DNA from: Ruditapes philippinarum
Taxonomy: Eukaryota
DNA: 63,873 nucleotides
Assembly: GCF_026571515.1 (NCBI RefSeq)
Contig: NW_026854820.1
Span: forward strand, 1-63,873
Direction: 5' to 3'
The notes below the pieces were generated by a model. It searched no databases. It saw nothing but the letters and a program-made list of their open reading frames with translations, and was not told the DNA's origin. The position numbers were made by a program, and so were the translations under genes. Shown piece after piece: positions 24,986 through 37,217 of the stretch. The first letter of the stretch is position 1, and each line of letters starts with the position of its first letter.

Positions 24986-26094
24986 ATCAAGCAAACCATA
25001 ACAGAAATGTTCGTGCAAAAATAATTTAACCGCACAACTATAACTCTTTCATTGCAATAAATTCATTTAAAGGAGGAAAATTGCATACCGTATGTTGACT
25101 TAATGTAAAAAGGCAAAAGGACTTATTAATATCCTGTAAGAGGACAAAGGAACTCAAAATTTCAACAACAAAAAAACACACAAGCAAAATATTGTTACTT
25201 CAAGGATAAAAGTCACATACACTGAAGAAAATTACAGTTTTCATTCAATGCTACTGAAAATGAAATTCAATAGCAATTTATATATTGAATTCACTGGAAA
25301 TAAATAATATTGGGCATTCTACATGATAATGTTTAAATCAAGAATCTGTAGTTCTTGACCCATAGTGAATGATTTATGTAACATATGTACAGGACCACCA
25401 TGTGATGCGACCTGCTTAACATTTAAGTTCTTGGCCTTGTTCAGCAGATTTTATGCCTCAGATTGAAAACTGTTGAGATGTTGTGATGAGGTAGTATGTC
25501 TGTACTTCAAATACGTCTCATAACATCCTGTTATATGTCCCATCAATAATTAAATGAATAAGATGTTGATTATATAACTTGGTATGTAGACAGCCAATGG
25601 GCAGTATATGAATTTTGATGATATTTAGGTTATAAGGTCAAGGGTCAAGACAACCAAACCGTTTTGTGCAAAAATCCTTTCCTTATCAATATATTGTGAA
25701 GGAATTAGCCATGGTTAATGTTGCTTGGTAGAGAAACTACTCATTGCATGTAGATGTCAGATGATCCCTTCTGATGTTGAGTTTATTTGGTCAATGTTAC
25801 AGTGATACATTTTGGAAATAATTTCTGCGTTTTTCTGCATTATGATTGCAATACTTGTCCGATCAGTAACTTGAGAAGGAATTAGCCTTAGTTTGATAAA
25901 CTGGGCAGACCATACATGCCATATTTTCAGTCTCCCAGATAGGGGATTTGTCTTAAACAGGAGATTTGGCAATCAGGCAACACATGATTACTGATCTCTC
26001 CTGTCCTATTCATTTCCTTCAATGCTTTTCAATGTTATGGAGCCTTCACAGATAAGTGCAAAAAGGTGCAGATATATTTCATTTTCCATTTATC

Positions 26095-26275
26095 GTTGAG
26101 GTTGCATATTCGGCCAGGGACTTAAATTGTTGATTATTTATTGTGAGGAAGATGTCCAGCCAGCTAACGAAATGTTGATGGTTCTTCTGAGGTTTTTCTC
26201 CACCAAAGAAGCTGGAAAGTAATGGTGTGATCTGTACAGCATTGGTGTGACTTAAAAGCCAACAATATAAACAAA
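26095..26275 (+). mobile_element. Degraded SINE of the same family (partial paralog at ~52600-52690)
   Basis: tgtgaggaagatgtccagccagct...ggttct...ctccaccaaagaagctggaaagt...ggtgtgacttaaaagccaacaa. Confidence 0.55.
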
Positions 26276-27056
26276 CATACCTGTAAAAAGTTGTCTTTTT
26301 ATTTGACCAGAAACATTTTTTCTGATGTCTGTTAACATGTCATTAAAGTTACTCCCTTTTCCACCTATACAAGCCATCTTTTATCAAGGAATTTGGTTGG
26401 GATATGAGTTTAATAATATAATTAGACATCATTGTACTTTAATCCCTTTCTTACTTGAATTAAGATTAGCAGAAAGACTGTCCTGTATGTTGAAGAATGA
26501 ATTGAATTGAGTTATCTCTGTATCTTTTGTACTTTTGTCAAAAATATTAAGTTTTAAATGATTTTTGTAATGAGTTGCCGCTTTTATGATTGCAATTAAA
26601 AGTATTAAGAGATGTAAAGAGCTATGTGTAATGGAAAGAGTTGTAACATATAATGTTTCTATTATATGACAGAAAACTGTACTGTAATAGAATCATATGT
26701 TCGGGAACAAAATATTATACTGATATCTTAAATATTAACTTATATTAGATTTTAACTGTTTAGCAATGATTTTTTGCATGCTCCATTCACTGATAAGGAA
26801 AAATACCAACATATTTCTTTCTTAAGGGTATTTTGAAACTTTTCTTTTTCAAAATTCTTACAACACTGCAGGCAGTATATATAGCTTTAAAACCCTAGTC
26901 GATTCTGCCGCACCTTAATTTCTCTTCTTTTTTAAGTGTCAATGTTATTTCAGTGTGGATTGTTCAGACTTTTATATAAAAATGTCATGATTTACAAAGT
27001 TATTTAAGAATTAGTTGAATAATTTTATATATCAAAACCTTCTATATTTGTTTTAG

Positions 27057-27244
27057 AGCTGCACTGAGATGGTTATGCCAATATGTGCAGATGGTAAAAA
27101 AGATATGTTTGAGCCAAGTCCGTGGAACTTTACACAGTTTAGTGAGCAATGTCATAAAAGATGGAAAACATATCCCAGAGAAAACTGGATAGTTTCTGAG
27201 TACTGGGTTAAAAGTTTAGAAACGGCCATTAATATTATATTTAG
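27057..27244 (+). pseudogene. PRCP: PRCP penultimate exon, copy 3 (splice donor damaged)
   Basis: Best-preserved reading frame (DMFEPSPWNFTQFSEQCHKRW), but donor ag/gtatgt has become ag/tatatt. Confidence 0.85.
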
Positions 27245-27791
27245 TATATTTTATTTCTTACCAAGTTTCAAATTTGAGAACATTCAACTACAAAAGGTTT
27301 TGCTTATGTTAAAAATCACTTGAAGGTGTTTCCTATTAGTTTTTCGTTTTTTCATGGAGCTAATCTGTTATTTTTACAGTGGTAGGGAATGAAAATTTAA
27401 CCTAGTGAATAGAATTTCATAAAAAAAAAATGCATAAAAATGTGAATTATCATGGGAACAAATTTATGAAATAAAACAGGGATCACCATGCTCCTATTGA
27501 GTTATCTGCCCTGAAAATGAGTTTTTGCTTGTTTTCAAGAGCAAATAACTCAAAAACCAAGCATATTGATGTCTTATTACAAATTATTCTTTGATATTTT
27601 ATTTTCAATCATTAAAATTTTACAGCTCATTTTTTCTGTAGAGGTTGCTCTAACTTGTTATTAAACAAAATATAATTATTTTGAACTTGATAGATAAATG
27701 TCATAACGTCAAAGGTTAATGCTGTGGATATTTTTAATTTACTTACTGGTGTAACACAATAATCTTATCTTTCATTTAATGTTAAAAATAT

Positions 27792-29082
27792 TGTGAGGTT
27801 AGGTAATTTTTTTAAATTACATAAGCTTCTTACTTAGTTAACATAATGATAATGGTAATTAAGTATTACTAGCACCATGGATAATTGCCATAATTATTGT
27901 TCCATTTTTACTTACATTTATTGAGGTCAATATCACATGTGTACATGTATAATTTAGGAAATCATAACACGAGAGATGATATTTACATAAATACTTATTG
28001 TCATGTCTTAATACTTCACAAATTGTTAGAAAAATACCTGTTTCTACTAAGCTCATCGTTAATTTTATTCATCTTCACTTCTTTGTTATGAAATACGAGT
28101 TTATGTTATAAAATTTCTCAATTTCCTAGTCCATGTCCGCCATTTTGTCATACTTCCGGTTTCCGGTTTAGTTCTATTTATAATCTCAACTCGAGGTCAG
28201 ATTCATGTAAATGATTTCGGAGGCAAAGTTGATAAATAGATTAAATGTTATGTATTATTTATTGATTTAAATTGTATATTTGTTCTTATAATGAAATATT
28301 ATGACATATTTATTTCTATTGTAACCTCGAACCACCTAATTTGCATACCAAAATATGTTGGTACTCATTTGCATACCCAAAGCTGATACCAGCGTTCGAA
28401 TACCAAAAAATCACTTTGCCTCTGTCCTTACAGTAGAGTAGACGTACAAATTTTGTCTCATCCAAATCTTTCGTAAATTCTGATAAAAGTTTCATTCATT
28501 ACTAAATTTTATCTTGAAAAGGTATCTTGTAATAGATTATTTTAAACTTGTTGCCGGAAGTTCAGTATCGGTAACGATTTTGTTTACAAACTGTCAAAAT
28601 TCTGACTTAGTCTTTTTGGGCACATATTTCGGTATTTCGTACATTTGACGGCGCTTTTAGTTATAGATAATCGATCTGACCTCGAGCTATTATAGTTTTT
28701 CACATTTATGCCATTTATTTATGCTGAAATCGTTACAGTATTTATTGATTCATGCATTTGGTCTGAATCCCAGCCACGGTTATTGTTAAGGCCCATTACA
28801 AAAAGAAATCATAATTTAAACCGAAAGGAATGGCTTTGTCCTGAATTTAGTTAGTTTTCCATGTGTTATTTTTAATTGGCCGCTACCAGGCTTGTTGTTT
28901 ACGCTACTACTGATAAACTTTAGCAATTTATTTGAATAATTGCTGATGTAGTACCCTTGCACTTTGAAGTAAAAAGTACCCATTTACACAGCCTGACTAT
29001 AAAATCTGAGAAAACTTGGTTAAGAGAGTAAAACAGGTGATAGTCGAGAGAAAAGTCATACACACGATACAGGGGCGCTACA
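27792..29082 (+). repeat. 5' LTR (1291 bp)
   Basis: tgtgaggttagg...ggggcgctaca; near-identical to 38217-39544. Confidence 0.96.
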
Positions 29083-29087
29083 TAAAA

Positions 29088-29101
29088 TGTTGGCAGCGGT
29101 G
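29088..29101 (+). promoter_or_regulatory. Primer-binding site, probably tRNA-Leu
   Basis: tgttggcagcggtg, 5 nt after the LTR, approximates the complement of the tRNA-Leu(AAG/TAG) 3' end (TGGTGGCAGCGGTGG). Confidence 0.75.
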
Positions 29102-29949
29102 CTGATACCAAGTACCTCCAGGAACTAGTAACCAGTTATTAGCAGTACCTATAACCCAGTAGTCCTACCAGAGATAGACTGTTACCAAGTCTTTGTACAT
29201 TTGCTATTTTTCATGTAATTAAATAATACAGCATTTTAGAATTTTCAGTGCAGTTTGATCATCAAGGCTATTCCAAAGCCTTTGGCAAGTATAAACAAGT
29301 AGTAGTGATAGGTTTTATTTATTCTTTTTAAATTAGTACAAAGCCAATACCACCAGTGTAATAAGCCATTTCCAGACTGGAGTAATAAAAGCCAATTCCA
29401 GGCTTTGGTAATTTTGTGTTTGAAAAATTAACATTTATCTTTGGCACGTTGAGCTTGGTGTATCTTGTTTGGATACATTTCATAGAGCCGTGCCCAGAAC
29501 ACTTTTTATTAAATAAGTTTAGTCTACCAACACTGATTAAAGCCAATACCAGGCTTGGGTAGTAATAGAGTAACAATAACCAGATTACTGTAGTTTCAGC
29601 CATTACCAGGCTTAGGTATATTAAAATATACATACAATATTATAGAAGTTAAGTACAACCATCAAAAAGAAGTCACAGTGATATTGTTACTTCCAGATCA
29701 TTACTTTACCTTTTGAGTGTTTTCTAACTGTTTTCCAAGTTAGACTTTAACTTCAAAGACATTGCCATAATTGTTTTGTTAATATACAAAAAGAGTATAT
29801 ATATATTTTTATCAGTAATAAAATATCACACAATTATATTTGTGTGTGAATTGTAAAATACAGAATTTATATATTTTTATATAATTAAGTAATAATATTA
29901 GAACTTAACATAAATTGAAATATTACTTAAATAAAACCTTAGTTACAGT

Positions 29950-31681
29950 ATGGATTTTTCGCTGGACCCAGCTGACATTCCATGTACAGACAATGACCAG
30001 TCTACCAGTGACCAGCCAATGATACCAATATACATGTCCAGTAGACCAACCTTGATGACCACAACAACAAATACTATCAGTTCTACTATACCTACAGTTG
30101 GGACAGAGGCGAAGTCAAAAACAAAGTCAAAATCTAGGTCTGAAGGTTGCGGTGATATGGCTGGAGTTGACTTAGTGGCAACTGGGACAAATGACCAGTT
30201 GGTACTTGGGACACCTTCCGGTGAAGTGACCTGGCGCAGGCGTCCAGGGGTGGATAACGAAGTTTCAGATGACCAGGGAATTATCAACCCTGGCAGGTAT
30301 TACACCGGACTCAATGGAGAAGCCAGGGCCTCGGGGGTCAGGAATAAAGCCTTGCAAGGTGGAACTGATGGGGTGGGGGTATATAGGGATATTTTTGATA
30401 CTAGACATAATAATTACAGATCAGTTCCAAATAATAATGAGAGGACCTTGACCGATGGTATTATAGACCAGTGTCAGGTACCTAGGGATTTAACCGGCAA
30501 GGGTAGGGAGCCGGAATGGGGGTATATTTACTCTGATTATGCAGAGTCTGGCCCGTTGGGTGTTTCCGGGTATAGGAGGAGGGAACCGTGGGCTTTAGGG
30601 GCAAGCAGATACCGGTATCCTGGGCCCTCCATGCCCGATGAGTGGTGTAGACCTGAAAGATCTGGTATGATTCCAGGGGATTATGGAGATGTTGGAAGAC
30701 AATTAACTGCAGACATACCACTTAGACCAGTACCATCAACAAGACAATTACCATCAAGTTCAACACATCATCAGACATATGAAGCTCCCCGCAATAACCT
30801 AAAACCTCCAACTTATGATGGCACAACCGAACTTAACTCATATATTACACAATTTGAGATGACCAGTGAATTAAATGAGTGGTCTTATGAAAAGAAAGCA
30901 CTCCAATTAGCTGTATCCTTAAGAGGTAGAGCTGCCGAAATATTAAATGACATTCCTACTGACAGACGAAGAGACTATAACTTAATGATTGAAAGCCTTG
31001 TGGATAGATTTCAACCACAGAACCAAAGAAAACTTCATGTTGCGAAGTTAAGAGCCCGAATCCGTAGACGTAATGAATCACTTGATGACCTGGCCAATGA
31101 TATCAAAAATATGACCAGATTAGCTTACCGAGATTTAAATATGAAATGCAGAGAAGAAATGGCATTAGAATGCTTTGCTGAAGCCTTAAATGATGACCAG
31201 TTACGAAGAGACTTAATTGTAGGTGGTCCAAAAACTATGTCAGAAGCACTGAGGTTAGCCACTGAAGCAGAACTGAGTTATTCTAGAAGAAACCATTATT
31301 ATTCTAGAATGATTCAAAATGAACCAAATGGTGTCCTATTAAGAAGAATAGAAGAATTAGAAAGAAGTGCTGAAAACCAAGCATTTCACAGAATTGCCAT
31401 AATTGAAGATTTTCCTGAAGGGAAACAAAAAATAACCTCCAGTTAGAAACTCCCAGAACAAATCCAAATCAAGACAAACAGGTGTTTGTTACTATTGTAA
31501 TGAACCAGGCCATATCAAAAGAGATTGTCCTTTACTTAAAGAGCCTAAAAATCACCCATATAATAAATATCATAACCCACAGTACAAAGGTACATACCAA
31601 CAAAAAAGTTACAGTATACCAAAAAGTAACAGAAGTTACCACCAAGGTTCCAAAATGGGAAACCAGGGAAACTTTCAGTAG
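29950..31681 (+). pseudogene. gag: gag: long low-complexity N-terminus, capsid (LKPPTYDG), CCHC knuckle; +1 frameshift at ~31435
   Basis: 498-aa ORF; CYYCNEPGHIKRDC (from 31487) lies in the next frame, which is open to TAG at 31679-31681. Confidence 0.9.
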
Positions 31682-31708
31682 CTGATGGTGAGGTCCAACC
31701 TTCAGCTA
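31657..31708 (+). promoter_or_regulatory. -1 programmed ribosomal frameshift signal (gag to pol)
   Basis: Two in-frame G GGA AAC heptamers (31657-31663, 31666-31672) followed 6 nt later by hairpin tagctga...tcagcta; pol is in the -1 frame. Confidence 0.8.
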
Positions 31709-34700
31709 AAATAGAGCATACAATTTTCAAAGGACCTTTAAATTATTATGATTCAAGGGAGACAAATCCAAAATCTCCATATAAACAATTTAATACATAT
31801 TTCTTGCCCTTGACTGTTAAAAATTTACCTTTAGTTGCACTTTTAGATACTGGAAGTGCTGTTAGCATATTGAAATATGAAAACTGGAAAATGATACCTG
31901 ACAATGAAAGACCACCTCTACAAGTGACCAATACAAGATTTAAAGCAGCTGATGGTGGAAATATACAGAATTATGGCTTTGTGACCTTACAAATAGATAT
32001 AAATGGGTTAAAATTTAACCATGAAATTTTAATAGCAGAAATAGATGTTACATGTATACTAGGTTGGGATTTTATGCATTTACATAATTTGACCTTGTCA
32101 ATGGGAACAGGTGAAGTTCAATGCCAGGGACAGATACTTAAATGTTTAAAAGAGTATCAATTACCAATAGTTCATAGAATCCAAGCAACTGAAACCTTTA
32201 AATTGCCTCCTACTAGTGAAACAATTATAATGGGGACCTTTGACATTGAAACTCCTTATTTTAGGACTGGTTTAACAGACAATTATGAAGAAAGATTACT
32301 TTCTGAGGGTGTTATTGTTGTCAAAGCTTTGGTAGATACAAACCAAGATAAGATACCTATAAGACTTATAAATCTAAATGAAAAACCTATAACCATTTAT
32401 GAGCATATGAATATAGCTACATGTACACCTGTAACCCTAGTTGAACAGACACAGAGAGTAAATCACATAACTTTAGAACAAACTGAAAAACCTTCCCTTC
32501 CAGACCATGTGAAACCAGTTATGGATGAATGTAAGAGTAACCTTAGCCTAGATGAACAGAACCAAGTAGAACAGTTATTATTTAAGTATCAACATATCTT
32601 CAGCAAGTCTAAATCTGACTTGGGGAACACAGACCTTATAAAGCATAAAATTAACACTGGACTGGCACCACCTATTAAACAACAATACCGCAGACTTCCT
32701 CAAAAAGTACAAGAAGAAGTTAACAAAGAAGTTGACAGGTTGTATGATGCCGGACGAAAGAAAGTCATCGACCATGGGCAGCACCTATAGTACCTGTACG
32801 CAAGCCCGATAACTCCATCAGATTGGCCATAGATTATCGCAAACTAAATGCAGTTACATTAAAAGACAGTTATCCCTTACCCAGAATTCAAGATTGTCTA
32901 GACTGCCTAAAAGGAGCCAAATTTTACAGTTCTTTAGATTGTTCTTCAGGTTTTCATCATGTTCAAATGGATCCTAATGACATGGAAAAAACCAGTTTTG
33001 TATGCCAAAAAGGACAATACCGCTTCAAAGTTCTCAGTTTTGGACTTACCAATGCTGTAGCTACTTTCCAAAGACTTATGGAATATATTATGTCTGGTCT
33101 ACAATATCAAACAGTACTTATATATGTTGATGACATATTGATATTCACCACTGACTTTGAAACACATTTAACCCAGTTAGAAGAGGTTCTCAGAAGATTA
33201 GAAAAGGCAAATCTTAAAGTAATGCCAAAGAAAGTTCATCTATTTCAAGTTCAATTACGTTTTCTAGGCCATATTGTTAGCCAAAATGGTGTTGTTCCAA
33301 ATGATGAAAAGGTCAAGGTAGTAAAAGATTGGCCTATACCAAAGAACTCAAAGCAATTATCTTCATTTTTGGGTCTTGTTTCCTATTACAGACGTTCAAT
33401 AGAAGGATTTGCTAAAATAGCTCATCCTTTACATCAACTTACACATAAAAATACAAAGTTCATTTGGACTGAAGAATGCCAGACAGCATTCAACAAGTTA
33501 AAACAAAAATTGACAGAAGCACCAATATTAGGTTATCCTAATTCCCATGACTTATACATATTAGATACTGACTGTAGCTCATATTGCCTCGGAAGTGTGC
33601 TACAACAAAAACAAGGTGACACTATACGTGTCATAGCCTATTACAGTCGTACCTTAAACCATCCTGAGAGACAATACTGTGTAACACGTAAAGAACTATT
33701 AGCAATAGTTGAATCAGTGAAGCATTTTCACAATTATTTATATGGGGTTCATTTTTTAATTAGAACCGATCATTCAGCATTATCATGGGCTTTGAAATTT
33801 CAAACCCCTATGGGACAATTGAGTAGATGGATAAATACCCTTAGTTTATATGATTTTGATGTAGAACACAGAAGTGGTGTTCGCCATAGAAATGCAGATG
33901 CATTATCACGTAAACCTTGTGGAGATTGTAAATATTGCAACAAACTTGAAACTAATGACAAAGATGAATCTGAGTCAGATCAATGTATTGGTTTGCGTGT
34001 TGGGTCTGTTACTACATCCATTCCAGAAGTAAATTTGAATGATAAAGAAATGACCAAGAGTGAAGAAAACAGCAAAAGTAATAGCAATGAAGATACAGAC
34101 TTCCTGACAAGGGCCCTGGAAGGTGGTCTGTTAGTAAATGCAATAGAAAGAGAGGGCGAGAATTCCAATAGGACCTCTGACCCCCTGAGGAATTCTGTTA
34201 GTCTACAAGATAACTTGTTAGAAGTGGATTGGAAAGCAACCCAGCAAGCTGACCCTGAAATTGGAAAGATTCAAGATAATTTATCACAAAATAACAGACC
34301 TACAGCCAATGACATTTCACATTTAGGTAGAGAATATAAGGCTTATTGGTCTCAATGGCCAAGTTTAATACTTCATGATGATGTGGTGTACAGAACACAT
34401 ACCAATAAATTGGGGGAGGAGCAATTTCAAATTATTGTGCCAAAAGTTGTTAGAAATACAGTACTTAAATACGTACATGACCATAAAACTGCCGGACACT
34501 TAGGCGAAAAGAAAACATATCAAAGACTTAAACAAAAATTTTACTGGTTAAACAGTAAAGAAGATGTGTCGCAACATTGTAAAAATTATATATAATGTCA
34601 AGGTAGAAAAATGCCCTATAGAGCTGCAAAAGCACCTTTGAAGTCAAATATTACTGGTGTTCCTTTAGAAAAGGTCGGAATTGATCTAATCGGACCTTTA

Positions 34701-35510
34701 CCTATAACTTATAAGAAAAATAAATATATCTTATTTGTTCAATGTTATTTTACAAAATGGGTAGAAATGTATCCATTACCAGATATGAAAGTTGAAACAA
34801 TTGCAACTACCCTAGTAAATGAATTCATATGTAGATATGGCCTTATGACCAAAATAGTCACTGACCAGGGACGCCAGTTCGAATCAAATCTATTTCAAGA
34901 ATTATGTAAAAGGTTAGACATAGTAAAATTACGGTCTACAGCCTTTCACCCACAGACCTGTGGTCTCATTGAAAGAATGAATCGCAGTATTGAAGATATG
35001 TTAAGTAAATACATATCAGACACCCAAAAAGACTGGGATGACTGGATACCAGTACTACTGTTAGCTTACAGATCATCTGTTCATGCCAGTACCGGAAAAT
35101 CACCATACCAGATGATGTTCGGACATAGTCCAAAATTACCTATTGACATATTGTATGGTCAAGGACCTCAAGGAAATTTAGAATTCTCCAGTGAACAATA
35201 TGTTCAGCATTTACAGACATATCTTAGAAAATGCCATGACCAGGCACGAGATCAAATGTTAACTGCAGCAAAACAACAAAAACATGACTATGATACCCGT
35301 TTAAATTTAATTTCTTATAAAGAAAATGACCTTGTATGGGCAAAAGTTTTTGCCAGAAAGAAAGGAATCAGCCCAAAACTTAGTTTTAGATGGGTATGAC
35401 CCTACAGAGTAGTAAAAGTCATATCTACTCTATTATTGACCATAAAGAATATTAAGACTGGTAAAGTCTTAAATGTGCATCATAACAGATTAAAGCCTTA
35501 TAGTGTATGA
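31666..35510 (+). pseudogene. pol: pol: aspartic protease, RT, RNase H, integrase with GPY/F; disrupted
   Basis: LLDTGS, IDYRKLN, YVDD, LDTDCS/RTDH/NADALSR, HHCC, TDQGRQF..ERMNR; frameshift at ~32755, stops at 34593 and 35397 (GPY Gly to TGA). Confidence 0.95.
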
Positions 35511-36065
35511 GGCAAATGTTAGTTCTGACAGAATGTTATATATATAAAAAAAATGCTTTTGACTATTATTATGTAACATATTATGTAACTTATTATGTAA
35601 CTGCATGATGTTATTTATTGTACTTGTATATCATAGTCCTCCTATGAAAAATTGTTTATTGATTATTTTACTTTGTACCTTTCATGAACCTTTTCTCGCT
35701 ACCAGAGATATTACCAATTTTCAGTGCCAAGTGAATTGTTTTACAGATTTTCCAATCTTAGACCAGAATCGACAATTATATGACGTGACAAGAATAGAAG
35801 GCCGTATTTGCTTTAAAGAAGCCGCGACCATATTAACGTGATTTCCGTGCAACCCGTGCGATGCGAAATGTGCCCAAAAGGATATTCATCGAAAAAATAT
35901 ATAATGATATATAAAAGAAGAAAAAATAAATAAATAGATATTTACTGCAATAAACATCATTAGACCGACCGGCGGCATTTGTTAAACCAGTTTTCTTTAT
36001 TTAAATAAATAAAAACATGTCCCAAGTAAAATGGTTATTATGATATGTATATTTGATATTTCAGA

Positions 36066-37217
36066 ATGTCTAAGAGAAAATCAGCAACCACTGCAACCAT
36101 GCCTGCAAAGTACAAATGCAAGCCTTGTAACCTTTGTTATGACAACCAAACCCAGTTAGTAAGGCACAGGGATGGCCCACAGGTTATGTGCTCATTCGAA
36201 CACACACAGGCATTTGTGGTGCCCCATAAGAGGACCGATGTACAAAGGCGACTTCTAGTGAAGGCGCACGGTTTTTCTGAATCAACAGAAGTGTCTAGAG
36301 TAAGACAATTATTCTTGCCTTATTTTGAGGAGTGCGACACTCCGGCTTTGAATGTACCACTCCACTCGGCGGTGGTAGTCCCAAGCTCGACATCCACTTC
36401 ATCCTTACCAGCCGAACAAGCAGCCTTGCATGTGCCTGTCGTTGGTACTGGTTCATCACCAGTTGTATCTTCTGTGCCGATTCCGCCTGGAATTCCTCCA
36501 ACACCATCTCCAGCTACCATACCAAGTACATGTATACCTGTATCCTTGGACACACTTATAGATGAAACTACTGTTCAAGATTCACTTGAAGCTTTTCTTA
36601 ACGAGACCGAAACCACATCCTTGCCACCTCTTAGTTTAGACTGGACCTTTTCAAACCCTACATTATCAGAGCCCATCAGATATAAAACGCCAGAGAAGAA
36701 ACCAACCAACGTAAGCCCTACCTTGAGAACACCAACCCTTCCATTAGATTATGAAAACACAGACTACAACAACAACAAAAGCTCAGATTTAAACACTCCC
36801 ACCATTCCTTTGGACTCCACACAACAAAATATTTCAACGTACTCAATGTTTCCTTCCCCTAGAATTAATGAAGGCGTTTCTATCAACGGCCTTGATGTCA
36901 CACAACAGCCAGTATTTCCGCCAAGAAGACTGAAGGTGCCAGCCAGGAAACCATTAGACCCCAGACTACTCTTCAGGGATGCACCTTCAGAATTCTTGGC
37001 AGGATCCATGGCCAGAATTGCCGCATTCCAGCGAAAAGAAATTATCAACCAGGCAAATGAAGACAACACCAGTATATCCTTTGAGAACCAAAATTTCGCA
37101 ATCACCAGAGTAGAACAAATTCAACTACTGGATGGAAGGACCCTGACGATGAAGACCACCTGTACCATAGATGACGGCCTCAAGATATGCAGAGGAACAC
37201 AGACACAGACAGAATAA
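36066..37217 (+). CDS. Accessory ORF3 of the Gypsy element, 383 aa: basic N-terminus, degenerate C2H2-type fingers, P/S/T-rich region, C-terminal RGTQTQTE
   Basis: Intact GC-richer ORF between pol and PPT; ttgatatttcag acceptor ends 2 nt before the ATG; C-x2-C-x12-H; no signal peptide or TM segment seen. Confidence 0.75.
   Translation: MSKRKSATTATMPAKYKCKPCNLCYDNQTQLVRHRDGPQVMCSFEHTQAFVVPHKRTDVQRRLLVKAHGFSESTEVSRVRQLFLPYFEECDTPALNVPLHSAVVVPSSTSTSSLPAEQAALHVPVVGTGSSPVVSSVPIPPGIPPTPSPATIPSTCIPVSLDTLIDETTVQDSLEAFLNETETTSLPPLSLDWTFSNPTLSEPIRYKTPEKKPTNVSPTLRTPTLPLDYENTDYNNNKSSDLNTPTIPLDSTQQNISTYSMFPSPRINEGVSINGLDVTQQPVFPPRRLKVPARKPLDPRLLFRDAPSEFLAGSMARIAAFQRKEIINQANEDNTSISFENQNFAITRVEQIQLLDGRTLTMKTTCTIDDGLKICRGTQTQTE

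Larger units (their letters stand above)
17539..26968 (+). repeat. Segmental duplication unit 2 (lacks the TRIM gene, LINE and both HINEs of unit 1)
   Basis: Colinear with unit 1 apart from the insertions and deletions listed. Confidence 0.88.

Noticed and set aside
36066-37217. ORF3 as an envelope protein
   Set aside because: No signal peptide, no transmembrane helix and no furin site plus fusion peptide
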